DNA of 64,000 bases from an uncultured Eubacteriales bacterium (lineage in GTDB: Bacteria > Bacillota > Clostridia > HGM11514), in contig CABUMF010000004.1 in NCBI GenBank assembly GCA_902492655.1, positions 17,813 through 81,812 on the forward strand, given 5' to 3'. Every line of letters starts with the position of its first letter. Within the stretch, counting starts at the first letter, position 1. Below, piece by piece: positions 19,634 through 28,662 of this stretch. The position numbers and the translations under genes are program-made. A model generated the notes under the pieces. The model was not told where the DNA came from. It ran no database searches and was given only the letters and a program-made list of their open reading frames with translations.

Positions 19634-20176
19634 CTATTTTATCTCTATTATTTTTATTTTTTCAGATGAAATACCGGTTTCTGCGACAACAATATCAAAA
19701 ATTTTCGCTGTATCGGCTGTTGTAAGCCCTTCCGTTTTAACGGTTACGCTTACAGAGTCATCAGTTATGTAAACCAGCACATCGGAAAATCCCTTAGCCT
19801 TGAGAAGATTTTCGATATTACCCTCTTTTTCCGTGTTTTCTGCGGATTTCCTTATGGATGTGTACGCCAAATCCTTTTCTTCGTTTGATGCGCTGTCGCT
19901 CTCCGCAACGGTTCGGAGCGTGTCAATTGCGTCGCTTCTTGCCTTGTCCCTTGTGAGCCTTGCGGATTCAAAATACGTAGTTCCCTTAGTCGAAACCTCC
20001 TCTGCTTTCTCTTCCTTCTTTCCGTCCACCAAGGTTGCCTCGCCGAAAGTTTTGGTATCGGTATCGCCCGTAACGGTAACCGATTCATCGCCGTTTTCGG
20101 TATAAGTCCAGTTAAGATAAGCCGCAATGACGACGACAAGCGACAATGCAACAATCAAAATTTGTCTTTTTTTCAT
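19634..20176 (-). CDS. spoIIIAH: Stage III sporulation protein AH
   Basis: N-terminal TM anchor, charged linker, C-terminal YscJ-like domain (ENLLKAKGFSDVLVYI...VSVTV). Position in the operon. Confidence 0.85.
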   Translation of the reverse strand: MKKRQILIVALSLVVVIAAYLNWTYTENGDESVTVTGDTDTKTFGEATLVDGKKEEKAEEVSTKGTTYFESARLTRDKARSDAIDTLRTVAESDSASNEEKDLAYTSIRKSAENTEKEGNIENLLKAKGFSDVLVYITDDSVSVTVKTEGLTTADTAKIFDIVVAETGISSEKIKIIEIK

Positions 20177-20192
20177 AATAACCATAGTCACC

Positions 20193-20624
20193 TCATTCAC
20201 ATTCAATAACCGCAATCCTGCTGCCGCCGATGTTCAGCGCCGCCTTTGCGGCATAATATATTTTTTCACAAATTTTCGGGTCGCCCGCCCCTTGAGCTGC
20301 AATCACCACCCCTTTTATGTCCGTAGACTCCCCTTTGCTTTCACTCGCAAAAAAGGTGTTTTCAAGGCTTCGGCTTGGTTCCGATGTAATCATAACCTTT
20401 ACTTTTCCCACACCTTTTATTCCGGACAGAATCTCGGTCAGATTTCTTTCAAGACTGCGGCAGTAATCATAATCCTCGCACTGCGACGCAGTATTCTTTT
20501 TATCCGACGGGGCAAACGCTCCGGCTGTAAGCATGATTATCACTCCAATAATAAATATTATCAAAACAGTTTGTTTATTCTTTATTTTTTCTAAAATCCC
20601 GGCAAGCATTTTTTTGATATTCAT
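20193..20624 (-). CDS. spoIIIAG: Stage III sporulation protein AG
   Basis: TM segment plus conserved GVGKVKVMIT...ESKGE...IKGVVIAAQGAGDP motif. ATGA overlap with the spoIIIAF stop, preceded by GGAGG. Confidence 0.85.
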   Translation of the reverse strand: MNIKKMLAGILEKIKNKQTVLIIFIIGVIIMLTAGAFAPSDKKNTASQCEDYDYCRSLERNLTEILSGIKGVGKVKVMITSEPSRSLENTFFASESKGESTDIKGVVIAAQGAGDPKICEKIYYAAKAALNIGGSRIAVIECE

Positions 20625-21076
20625 ACTCTCCTCCATTCTATCGCATCAATGGGAATCATGTAAAGCTCGCTCAATCTTGTTTTTACGGATGTGTTTTCGG
20701 AATCCGGTGATTTTATGAGCATATGCGTTACAAATCCCGTATTGTCCTCCGAAATGTCAAACTCGAAGGACAGCTCGGAATTTGAAAGCTCCGGAATACT
20801 CTTTTTCATATCGCAGTCAAGCTGACGGGAAAACTCCCGTTCAATCTGGCTTTTTCTCACCTCCGAAAAGCCTTCGGAATAATCCTCTCCGCTTTCGATT
20901 TCAAAGTCCGGAATAAAGGAAAAAGAAGTCCCGAAAACCGAAGCCGATAAAATCAGCACAACCGTAACGCACACGATAAAGGAAGCGTATTTTTTAACCG
21001 TTCCCTCGGGCAAAATAAGCTTTACCGCCTGCAAAACGAGCATAGCACCCACTATTGAAATAATTATTTGCTTCAC
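20621..21076 (-). CDS. spoIIIAF: Stage III sporulation protein AF
   Basis: Two N-terminal TM segments (ILPEGTVKKYASFIVCVTVVLIL) like SpoIIIAF. GTG start overlapping the spoIIIAE stop (GTGA); the upstream track extension was rejected. Confidence 0.8.
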   Translation of the reverse strand: MKQIIISIVGAMLVLQAVKLILPEGTVKKYASFIVCVTVVLILSASVFGTSFSFIPDFEIESGEDYSEGFSEVRKSQIEREFSRQLDCDMKKSIPELSNSELSFEFDISEDNTGFVTHMLIKSPDSENTSVKTRLSELYMIPIDAIEWRRV

Positions 21077-22188
21077 TGCATCACCCCACAAATAATGATT
21101 GTTATTATTATGAGAAACAAAAACGAACACATACAGAAGATAGCAATAATTATGCTTATGCAATCTGCCGTCCCGTCAAGCAGGTTAACCGTTTTTTCAT
21201 CGCACAAAAGCGAAGAAAACGCCGCCGCGCACCGAAAAATCACAAACGATGCCGCAAGCTCCGTCGCATATGAAATAAATATGAGCATAATCGTAAGCAT
21301 TCCGCCTGCCCCGACGGCTCGTTTAACCACACCGGTGCAAACCGTAACCATATCTATACTGTCGGCAAGCATACTCCCCACAACCGGAACAAAGCTGCCT
21401 ACCGCAAATTTGACTGTCTTTCCGGCAAGGGCATTCATTGCTCCTCCCACAACGCTGCAAATAACCGAAACACCTGAAAAAACCGTCATAATTAAGGTCA
21501 TAATCCACTTAGAAAAGCTTTTCATGAGCTTTACGCTTCTGCTAAGATCCACTCCGTCACCTATTGAGCCTACGGCATTTAACGAAAAAGCACCGTATGC
21601 AAGAGGAATTAAATATGTATTTGTAACCGTTATCGCAACAGCCGAAACAGCGTAAAGAAGGGGCGACAAAACGCTTGCGTTTCCTATTTCACCACTTGCG
21701 GCGCAAAGGGTTGTGAGCGTCGGAGCAGTGACTTTTATAAAGTCACTCATAAGCTCAATCGCATAAATACTGCGTTTTACCACATGGCAAAAAACCGTTG
21801 CACACATACCGCATATAACCGAAAAGCATACATAAAACGCCGCACCTCCGCCTCTGCCGAACACACTCAGCCTACTTGCAAACGCACAGACAATTGCAAT
21901 CATTATAATCATAATAATTACCGATACGCTCTTTTTTAAGCCTCCCGTAAAAAGCTCAACTACATAATCCAATGCCCCCGAAAATGACAGTCTGAAATCT
22001 CCGGAATATATACTTTCGGTCAATTTTTCAAAATCGAAATCAAAACCCGCCTCGCCTTTGTGCCGAGAATAAAACTCCGTAATTTTTTCTGTTCCTGCCG
22101 CCTTTTCCTGTTCATGAATATAATCCTCGGCGCATACATTCTGGCACGCAAAAAGCATCAGAGCAATCAGAAGCAAAGTCTTTTTCAC
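21073..22188 (-). CDS. spoIIIAE: Stage III sporulation protein AE
   Basis: Signal peptide (KKTLLLIALMLFACQNVCA) and polytopic membrane domain with the conserved block TVKFAVGSFVPVVGSMLADSIDMV (compare B. subtilis TAKFITGNFIPVLGRMFTDATDTV). GTG start overlaps the spoIIIAD stop. Confidence 0.9.
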   Translation of the reverse strand: MKKTLLLIALMLFACQNVCAEDYIHEQEKAAGTEKITEFYSRHKGEAGFDFDFEKLTESIYSGDFRLSFSGALDYVVELFTGGLKKSVSVIIMIIMIAIVCAFASRLSVFGRGGGAAFYVCFSVICGMCATVFCHVVKRSIYAIELMSDFIKVTAPTLTTLCAASGEIGNASVLSPLLYAVSAVAITVTNTYLIPLAYGAFSLNAVGSIGDGVDLSRSVKLMKSFSKWIMTLIMTVFSGVSVICSVVGGAMNALAGKTVKFAVGSFVPVVGSMLADSIDMVTVCTGVVKRAVGAGGMLTIMLIFISYATELAASFVIFRCAAAFSSLLCDEKTVNLLDGTADCISIIIAIFCMCSFLFLIIITIIICGVMQ

Positions 22189-22580
22189 GGCACAAGACCT
22201 GCCAATGACGAAATAAGCGAAAACAGAGATTTTATAATCGGCATGCCCAAAACCAGAATAATCACATTCGCACAAAGCTCAACATTTGCCGCCAATGCGG
22301 ATTCCCCGGCATCCCTACATAAGGAGGCACAAATCTGTCCCAAAAACGCAATCCCGGTAATTTTGATTATCGGCACAAGATACTCGCTTTTTATACCGCA
22401 TTGCTCAAAAAGCTCAAAAAGACCTCTGAATATTTCTTTAATGCCGTCTGCCGCAAAATAAAATATTACGACACATCCGATCATTCCGCAAGCCACCGCA
22501 TATTCGGGATTGTACCGTCTGAGAAGCACGCACAAAAAAAGAGTAATAAGCGCAGCTGCAGACAGCCTGAAAATATCCAA
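22185..22580 (-). CDS. spoIIIAD: Stage III sporulation protein AD
   Basis: 131-aa protein with 4 TM segments, collinear with SpoIIIAD (ITGIAFLGQICASLCRDAGESALA). Confidence 0.9.
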   Translation of the reverse strand: MDIFRLSAAALITLFLCVLLRRYNPEYAVACGMIGCVVIFYFAADGIKEIFRGLFELFEQCGIKSEYLVPIIKITGIAFLGQICASLCRDAGESALAANVELCANVIILVLGMPIIKSLFSLISSLAGLVP

Positions 22581-22591
22581 ATCACATCACC

Positions 22592-22786
22592 TCACAGTCC
22601 GAAAACCGCTTTTATTGTTGAAAACAGTGTGCTTATTTCCTTAACTATTATTGAAAGCACCACAATCAGCCCGGCAAGAGTTGTAAGCATAGCTTGTTCT
22701 TCCCTTCCGGAACGAATAAGTAGCTGATTTAACACCGCAACCAATATACCTATCGCCGCTATCCTGAAAATCAAATTTATATCCAA
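22592..22786 (-). CDS. spoIIIAC: Stage III sporulation protein AC
   Basis: ~64-aa two-TM protein ending IKAVFGL, like SpoIIIAC. TTG start with GAGGTGA 5 nt upstream; the track start overlaps spoIIIAB. Confidence 0.85.
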   Translation of the reverse strand: MDINLIFRIAAIGILVAVLNQLLIRSGREEQAMLTTLAGLIVVLSIIVKEISTLFSTIKAVFGL

Positions 22787-22796
22787 CCGTTTCACC

Positions 22797-23276
22797 TCAA
22801 TAAAGCAAAATAACAATCAGCACTCCGAGCGGTATGCCGATTACGCCGTAAAGCCTTCCGAGCCGATCAAGTTCTTTTTTAAGAGTGTTTCTCTTTTCCT
22901 CAAGCCTTGCCCTGATAAGCGAAAATGAGCATCTTCGCTCCTCCTCCTCAACGGCAGTTATTCCGCTTACATACGGCAAAACAAGACATGAAAACTCTTT
23001 TTCCGTCTGCAATGCTTGTGAAAATCTTTCAAACACTCCACCGTCAAAATCCGCCGCCTTGCTAAAAATTGCGTTTGCCCTGCCCGAAAGATATGATGCG
23101 TTATAAAGAGCCCTCCCGATTGGCAGACACAGTCCGCAAACCTGTTCCTCAAGGGCAACAAAGCCCGATATAAGCCCGTCGGCGAGCGTAATTTTCATCT
23201 TTATTTCCTCTGTTTTTATTCTGAAATACATAAAGCTTGAAAACACAATTATTATTCCGCCCAAAAGCCTAAACAA
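22797..23276 (-). CDS. spoIIIAB: Stage III sporulation protein AB
   Basis: 159 aa with N- and C-terminal TM segments and a soluble middle. Operon position between AA and AC. Confidence 0.8.
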   Translation of the reverse strand: MFRLLGGIIIVFSSFMYFRIKTEEIKMKITLADGLISGFVALEEQVCGLCLPIGRALYNASYLSGRANAIFSKAADFDGGVFERFSQALQTEKEFSCLVLPYVSGITAVEEEERRCSFSLIRARLEEKRNTLKKELDRLGRLYGVIGIPLGVLIVILLY

Positions 23277-24123
23277 CCAAAACTCTCCTTACATCGCACT
23301 GCTTTTCGATTATTATGAACCTTTCAAACGAATTTGCCAGATCCCCAAGGCGAAAAACCACTTCGTCTTTACTTCCCCCGTGTGCGGAGGCGAGAACCTT
23401 AACACCGGATTTAAGCGCGGCAGATATAGCGTCTTCATCTTCCTTTCCGCCTATTTCGTCGGTTACGATTATATCCGGCCCCATGGTGCGAAGTGCCGTC
23501 ATTATTCCTTCGGACAGCAAAAATCCGCTTAAAACATCCGTGTTTTCGCCAACATCGTGCTGCAATACCCCTCTGAAGGATGCCGCAATTTCACAGCGTT
23601 CGTCTATTATACAAACCTTTTTGCCGCAGTTTGATATTCTTCTTGCCGCATCACGCAAAAATGTTGTCTTTCCTCCGCCGGGGGGAGAAATGACCAGAGT
23701 GTTTTTTATATCCGAAAAGTCAACCTCGTCGGAAACTCCCCGAACCTCTCTCGAAATCCTTATATTAAAAGATGAAATATCCCTCATTGTCTTTCCCGTC
23801 TTAGTTCCGCAAAAGCCTATTCTGTGTCCGCCCTCAACTGTAATATACCCGTTTGCAATCTCGCTTTCAAAGGCATAGGGCGACATAGCGGTAAATTGCT
23901 CAAAGCACGATTTTATAAGCCCGGGCGATACAATAAACCCTCCGCTCTCGCAAAAAGCACCGTTCTCCTCAACCGAAAAGCTTTTCCCGTCAATCACCGC
24001 CTTCAGCGGTCTGTTTGCCCTTATTCTGATTTCTTCTCCCCGTTCTCTGAACTCTTTCGGCATACGGTATGCAATGTTTCTCAAAACCTTCGGAAGATAA
24101 TCAAAAAGAAGCAAAATATCCAA
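23269..24123 (-). CDS. spoIIIAA: Stage III sporulation protein AA (ATPase)
   Basis: Walker A in VISPPGGGKTTFLRDAARR (SpoIIIAA hallmark) and Walker B IIVTDEIG. TTG start with GGAGG-rich RBS. Confidence 0.9.
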   Translation of the reverse strand: MDILLLFDYLPKVLRNIAYRMPKEFRERGEEIRIRANRPLKAVIDGKSFSVEENGAFCESGGFIVSPGLIKSCFEQFTAMSPYAFESEIANGYITVEGGHRIGFCGTKTGKTMRDISSFNIRISREVRGVSDEVDFSDIKNTLVISPPGGGKTTFLRDAARRISNCGKKVCIIDERCEIAASFRGVLQHDVGENTDVLSGFLLSEGIMTALRTMGPDIIVTDEIGGKEDEDAISAALKSGVKVLASAHGGSKDEVVFRLGDLANSFERFIIIEKQCDVRRVLVV

Positions 24124-24181
24124 TCCTCCCCACCTCCTACATTATTATATTTCTGCCTGTCCCCAAATAGAACACAACCCC

Positions 24182-24210
24182 TTGACCTTTTGAGCAAAAT
24201 ATGGTATAAT
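24182..24210 (+). promoter_or_regulatory. Sigma-A type promoter (TTGACC-17-TGgTATAAT) for DMT transporter gene
   Basis: TTGACC at 24182-24187, 17-nt spacer, extended -10 TGGTATAAT at 24202-24210, 20 nt before ATG at 24231. Confidence 0.5.
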
Positions 24211-24230
24211 CGTGTAGAAGGATGATGTGA

Positions 24231-25118
24231 ATGAACCAAAAGATAAAGAATCACGGTCTTGCTTTTTTCACGATTTTTATATGGGGTATAACCTTTATAT
24301 CCACAAAGTACCTTGAAAAGAGCTTTACAGCACTCGAAATACTGTTTATCAGATATGTTATGGCATACATTGTATGCTGGATTATCTGTCCGAGGCCGCT
24401 TAAGTTTACGGGCCTTAAATACGAAGGAATGTTGCTGTTGGCTTCCGTTTCGGGCTCCTCGCTTTACCAGTATCTTGAAAATCTTTCGGTTGTATATACA
24501 AATCCTGCAAGCGTGTCATTCATTACGGCAATCGCACCGATTTTTACCGCAATTTTAGCCCACAAATTTCTTGACGAAAGGGTTACGGCGAAAAATATCA
24601 TAGGAATGCTCATATCTGTTGTCGGAGTGTTTTTCATCTGCTTCGGTGATTCAATGTCCCTTGAAACGGGGCTTTTGGGAGATATTATTATCTTTGCAAG
24701 CGTATGGCTGTGGGCGGTTTATTCAATCGTAATCAAAAAAATATCCGAGCTGGGCTTTGAGCAATTCCAGGTTACAAGAAGGCTTTTTATGTATTCTGTA
24801 ATCCTGATGATTCCGTTTATGTGCTTTAAATCTTCGGATATGGATTTTTCCGCACTGCTGAATCCTTATTCCGTAATTAACCTTTCCTTTTTGGGAATTT
24901 TTGCATCTGCAATCTGTTTTTCAACATGGAATATTTCGGTTGCAAATCTCGGTGCCACAACCACAAGCAAGTATCTTTTTATAATGCCGCTTATTACCCT
25001 TGCGGCACAAGCGATTTATGACAGTTCCGGCATTGGTATTGCCGCACTTTTTGGTATGCTTATAACGCTTATCGGAATAGGAATTTCAGAATTTCAAACA
25101 AAAAAACAGTTAATATAA
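24231..25118 (+). CDS. DMT superfamily (EamA-like) transporter
   Basis: Ten predicted TM helices in two EamA-like repeats. 295 aa. Confidence 0.8.
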   Translation: MNQKIKNHGLAFFTIFIWGITFISTKYLEKSFTALEILFIRYVMAYIVCWIICPRPLKFTGLKYEGMLLLASVSGSSLYQYLENLSVVYTNPASVSFITAIAPIFTAILAHKFLDERVTAKNIIGMLISVVGVFFICFGDSMSLETGLLGDIIIFASVWLWAVYSIVIKKISELGFEQFQVTRRLFMYSVILMIPFMCFKSSDMDFSALLNPYSVINLSFLGIFASAICFSTWNISVANLGATTTSKYLFIMPLITLAAQAIYDSSGIGIAALFGMLITLIGIGISEFQTKKQLI

Positions 25119-25132
25119 ATGGAGGTTTACAT

Positions 25133-26380
25133 ATGAACAGATACGAATCGGCAAAACAAATTTATGCGAAGCTTGGCGTGGATACCGACGCCGCAATAAA
25201 AAAGCTTAAGGAAATTCCCGTTTCTCTGCACTGCTGGCAGGGAGATGATGTAACCGGCTTTGACCATGACGGTCCTTTGACCGGCGGAATTCAGACTACG
25301 GGTAACTATCCGGGCAAGGCACGCACTCCCGATGAGCTTATGGAGGATATGGACAAGGTTATTTCCCTTTGTCCCGGCAAGGCAAAGCTTAATCTTCACG
25401 CTTGCTACGCAATTTTTGAGGACGGCGAGTTTGCGGATCGTGACAAGCTTGAACCCAAGCACTTCAAAAAGTGGGTTGACTTCGCCAAAAAAAGAGGTAT
25501 GGGAATTGACTTTAACCCAACCTTCTTCTCTCACCCTAAGGTTAAGGACGGTCTTACACTTTCAAGTCCCGATGAAGAAACAAGAAGATTCTGGATTGAG
25601 CACGGCAAGGCTTGTATCAGAATTTCACAGTATTTTGCGGAAGAAACAGGCATACCTTGCGTTATGAATATCTGGACGGGTGACGGCTTTAAGGATGTTC
25701 CTGCCGACAGGCTGGGACCGCGTATGCGCTATAAGAAATCAATAGAAGAAATCCTTTCCGAGCCCTTTGACAAAAGCAAGGTTAAGCCCTGCGTTGAATC
25801 AAAGGTTTTCGGAATCGGCGTTGAAGCATACACATCGGGTTCTTCCGAATTTGCACTCACATTTGCCGCAACCCATGACGGATGCTTGCCGCTTATGGAT
25901 AACGGTCACTATCATCCCACAGAGGTTGTGTCCGATAAAATTCCGGCGCTTCTTTGCTATTTCCCCGAGATTGCGCTTCATATTACACGAGGCATTCGCT
26001 GGGATTCCGACCATGTGATTGTATTTGACGATGAAACAAAGGAGATCGCAAAAGAAATCGTTCGCTGCGATGCCTTAGACAGAGTATATATGGCGCTTGA
26101 CTATTTCGATGCAAGCATAAACAGAATTGCCGCATGGATAATAGGATTCAGAAGCTGGCAGAAAGCTCTCCTCAATGCGCTTTGCACGCCGAACGAACTT
26201 TTGAAAAAGCTTCAGGACAACGCTGAATTTACAGAGCTTTTATATATGCAGGAAGAGATTAAAACTCTGCCCTTCGGTGATGTCTGGGAGGAATACCTCA
26301 AGGAATGCGGAATAGTTTCCGATGCTTCATGGTTCTCCGAAATCAAAAAATACGAAAACGAGGTTCTTTCAAAGAGATAA
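25133..26380 (+). CDS. rhaA: L-rhamnose isomerase
   Basis: N-terminus ...IPVSLHCWQGDDVTGFD matches the RhaA signature (LPVSMHCWQGDDVSGFE). ~415 aa TIM-barrel isomerase length. Confidence 0.85.
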   Translation: MNRYESAKQIYAKLGVDTDAAIKKLKEIPVSLHCWQGDDVTGFDHDGPLTGGIQTTGNYPGKARTPDELMEDMDKVISLCPGKAKLNLHACYAIFEDGEFADRDKLEPKHFKKWVDFAKKRGMGIDFNPTFFSHPKVKDGLTLSSPDEETRRFWIEHGKACIRISQYFAEETGIPCVMNIWTGDGFKDVPADRLGPRMRYKKSIEEILSEPFDKSKVKPCVESKVFGIGVEAYTSGSSEFALTFAATHDGCLPLMDNGHYHPTEVVSDKIPALLCYFPEIALHITRGIRWDSDHVIVFDDETKEIAKEIVRCDALDRVYMALDYFDASINRIAAWIIGFRSWQKALLNALCTPNELLKKLQDNAEFTELLYMQEEIKTLPFGDVWEEYLKECGIVSDASWFSEIKKYENEVLSKR

Positions 26381-26391
26381 TTATTAAACGA

Positions 26392-26430
26392 AGGTGCGGC
26401 AAAACTGTTATTTTGCCGCACTTATTTTTG
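26392..26430 (+). terminator. Rho-independent terminator after rhaA
   Basis: GTGCGGCAAAA-CTGTTA-TTTTGCCGCAC hairpin followed by TTATTTTT. Confidence 0.65.
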
Positions 26431-26487
26431 CTTTCAAGTATCAATTTTCACTCCCTTACATATCATGTAAAAAAGGGAGTGATTTTT

Positions 26488-27261
26488 TTGAGCATTAATT
26501 TCCATATAGCTTCACCGCGATTTGGCATTATGAAGGCCGTCGGGGATGAGCTTTCAAAGCTTATCGGCACAAGCATATCGAATACATCTGATAAGGAATA
26601 TACAATAAAGCTTTCGGCACAAAGAGTCAGAGGAAGCCGTCCGTACTTAACGGCATACGGCCCTGTTTCGGCATTTAAATATACCAATTCGGTTGCATTT
26701 GAGGCTTCAAAGGCAATCGGAGCGGAATACTCGGTATATTCTTCCCCGGGCACCGACCAAATTTTGCTGGATTTTAAGCTGACAAACGAAAATACCGAAG
26801 CACTTTCAAAAAATCCGGGCTTGCTTTCCGAGTCAATATTCAGAGGACTTATCAGCACAAATGCAGATACTTCCGGAGAATTTGAAAGTTATCTTTCCGA
26901 TAACCCTTCAAAAGGATATTTGCAAATCCAGGTTTACTCAGGCAGAAGCATAATTCCCATTTCGGCTGCAAAGGTAACCGTTTCAAAGACGCTTTCGGAC
27001 AAATATATTCTTTCCACGGTTTATACGGACGAAAACGGCAGAACCCCCGTTATTTCGCTTCCGGCAAAGTCTGCCGCCATGTCGCAGACGCCGAAGAATT
27101 CCACTCCGTACACATCATACGATATTATGGTGGAAAAGGAGGAATATTTGTCTGTCGAAAACAAAAATGTTCCCATATTTGAAGGAATACTGTCCATACA
27201 GCCTGTAAAAATGAATGCAGACACCGGCGGCAATGCAGAAGTTTTTGACGAAAAATTATAA
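26488..27261 (+). CDS. Hypothetical protein with carboxypeptidase-regulatory-like beta-sandwich segment
   Basis: TTG start at 26488 with AAGGGAG 8 nt upstream; the track start lies inside rhaA. Segment KVTVSKTL...YTDENGRTPVISLPA resembles a CarboxypepD_reg-like fold. Adjacent to the SpoIID-like gene. Confidence 0.4.
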   Translation: MSINFHIASPRFGIMKAVGDELSKLIGTSISNTSDKEYTIKLSAQRVRGSRPYLTAYGPVSAFKYTNSVAFEASKAIGAEYSVYSSPGTDQILLDFKLTNENTEALSKNPGLLSESIFRGLISTNADTSGEFESYLSDNPSKGYLQIQVYSGRSIIPISAAKVTVSKTLSDKYILSTVYTDENGRTPVISLPAKSAAMSQTPKNSTPYTSYDIMVEKEEYLSVENKNVPIFEGILSIQPVKMNADTGGNAEVFDEKL

Positions 27262-27275
27262 CGGAGGTAAGATAT

Positions 27276-28610
27276 ATGCCTGACGCAAACATTCCCGTTG
27301 TTCCGACAGAAATAACAGTCCACTTGGGCCGTCCCGATGCATATGCGGAAAATGTTACCGTACCGTTTACCGATTACATAAAAAACGTGGCATCGGGCGA
27401 GATTTATCCCACCTGGCCCGAAAGCTCAATAATTGCAAATATCTATGCGATTATATCATTCACCCTGAACAGAATTTATACCGAATTTTACCGCTCGAAA
27501 GGATATGACTTTGACATAACCAACTCCACGGCGTTTGACCAAACATACACAAAGGGACGGGAATATTTTGAAAACATCGGAGCCATAGTGGATGATATAT
27601 TCAACAATTATGTGGTAAAAGGCGATGCGATTGAGCCGTATTTTACTCAGTATTGTGACGGAAGCACCACCACCTGCGACGGTCTTTCCCAATGGGGTAC
27701 TGTAACCTTGGCGGAGGAAGGAAAAACCCCTTTTGAAATACTTGAGTATTATTACGGAGATGACATAAGCCTGGTGTTCAATGCCCCGGTGCAGGAAATA
27801 AGCGAATCATATACCGGAATACCCATAAGGCTCGGTTCAACGGGGAATGAAGTAAGACTTATTCAGGTTGAGCTAAACAGGATAAGGCAAAACTATCCGT
27901 CAATACCCGAAATTACAAGGCCTGACGGCATTTTCGGTGCCGAAACGGATGCCGCTGTAAGGCAATTTCAAAAGATATTCAATCTGACGCCTGACGGAAT
28001 TGTGGGCAAAGCAACATGGTATAAAATAAAAAGCATATATAACGGCGTAAAAAATCTAAACGAGCTTTCAAGCGAAGGTATAACCTACAGCGAAGCGGAA
28101 TTTGTGTATCCACCGAAACTCGAACTCGGCGATGACGGCCTGTATGTTTCATACACACAGTATTTTCTTCAGATTATAGGATACTTTAACGATAATTACC
28201 CTTACATTGACATAACCGGAATATTTGACGAGCCGACCGAAAACGCCGTAAAGCTTGTTCAAAGCTACAACGGACTTCCCGTAACGGGGATAGTCGATAA
28301 TGCAACATGGAAGGTAATTCAGGACCTTTATATAAAAACAATCGAAACCGTAAATTCTCCCGGTCTTTACCCGGGAATTATACAAAAACAAGGAATGTCC
28401 GGCGAAAGCGTAAGACAGATACAGATTTTTCTCAACAAGATAAGCGAAACCGATCCCTCGATTACTCCGCCTGAAATAACGGGATATTACGGAGCCGAAA
28501 CGGAAAACGCCGTAAGGCAATTTCAGGCATCCCAGGGCCTTCCGGAAAACGGCGTGGTCGGCGCAATCACATGGGCGAGAATGAACAGAATATATGAAAG
28601 CTTAGCTTAA
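27276..28610 (+). CDS. SpoIID/LytB-like domain protein with three C-terminal peptidoglycan-binding (PG_binding_1) repeats
   Basis: N-terminal region aligns to SpoIID cores: YIKNVASGEIYPTWPESSIIANIYAIISFTLNRIY vs VVASEMPASWPLEALKAQAVAARTY; KGYDFDITNSTAFDQTY vs FDVCDTTHCQVY; LSQWGTVTLAEEGKTPFEILEYYY vs MSQYGA..MAKEGKTY.EIL.HYY. Three PG-binding repeats follow (GxxGxxVxxxQxxLN...xPDGxFGxxTxxAVxxFQ). Confidence 0.65.
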   Translation: MPDANIPVVPTEITVHLGRPDAYAENVTVPFTDYIKNVASGEIYPTWPESSIIANIYAIISFTLNRIYTEFYRSKGYDFDITNSTAFDQTYTKGREYFENIGAIVDDIFNNYVVKGDAIEPYFTQYCDGSTTTCDGLSQWGTVTLAEEGKTPFEILEYYYGDDISLVFNAPVQEISESYTGIPIRLGSTGNEVRLIQVELNRIRQNYPSIPEITRPDGIFGAETDAAVRQFQKIFNLTPDGIVGKATWYKIKSIYNGVKNLNELSSEGITYSEAEFVYPPKLELGDDGLYVSYTQYFLQIIGYFNDNYPYIDITGIFDEPTENAVKLVQSYNGLPVTGIVDNATWKVIQDLYIKTIETVNSPGLYPGIIQKQGMSGESVRQIQIFLNKISETDPSITPPEITGYYGAETENAVRQFQASQGLPENGVVGAITWARMNRIYESLA

Positions 28611-28616
28611 ATTAAA

Positions 28617-28662
28617 GGAGACTGTCGCTTTTGTTTGTTTGCGACAGTCCCCTTTGGTTTTT
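28617..28662. terminator. Bidirectional rho-independent terminator
   Basis: GGAGACTGTCGC / GCGACAGTCCCC stem with a 12-nt loop, followed by TTTGGTTTTT. Lies between convergent genes. Confidence 0.6.

Noticed and set aside
21077-21163. N-terminal extension of spoIIIAF in ORF track (MHKHNYCYLLYVF...)
   Set aside because: It lies inside the spoIIIAE coding end. The B. subtilis SpoIIIAF alignment begins at VKQIIISIV, where a GTG overlaps the upstream stop.
21068-21655. 195-aa plus-strand ORF and 23315-23878 187-aa plus-strand ORF
   Set aside because: Antisense to spoIIIAE and spoIIIAA, both motif-supported. No start signals.
26305-26487. ORF track start inside rhaA for the 318-aa ORF
   Set aside because: It runs through the rhaA 3' end and its terminator hairpin. 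A TTG with AAGGGAG SD at 26488 is the credible start.
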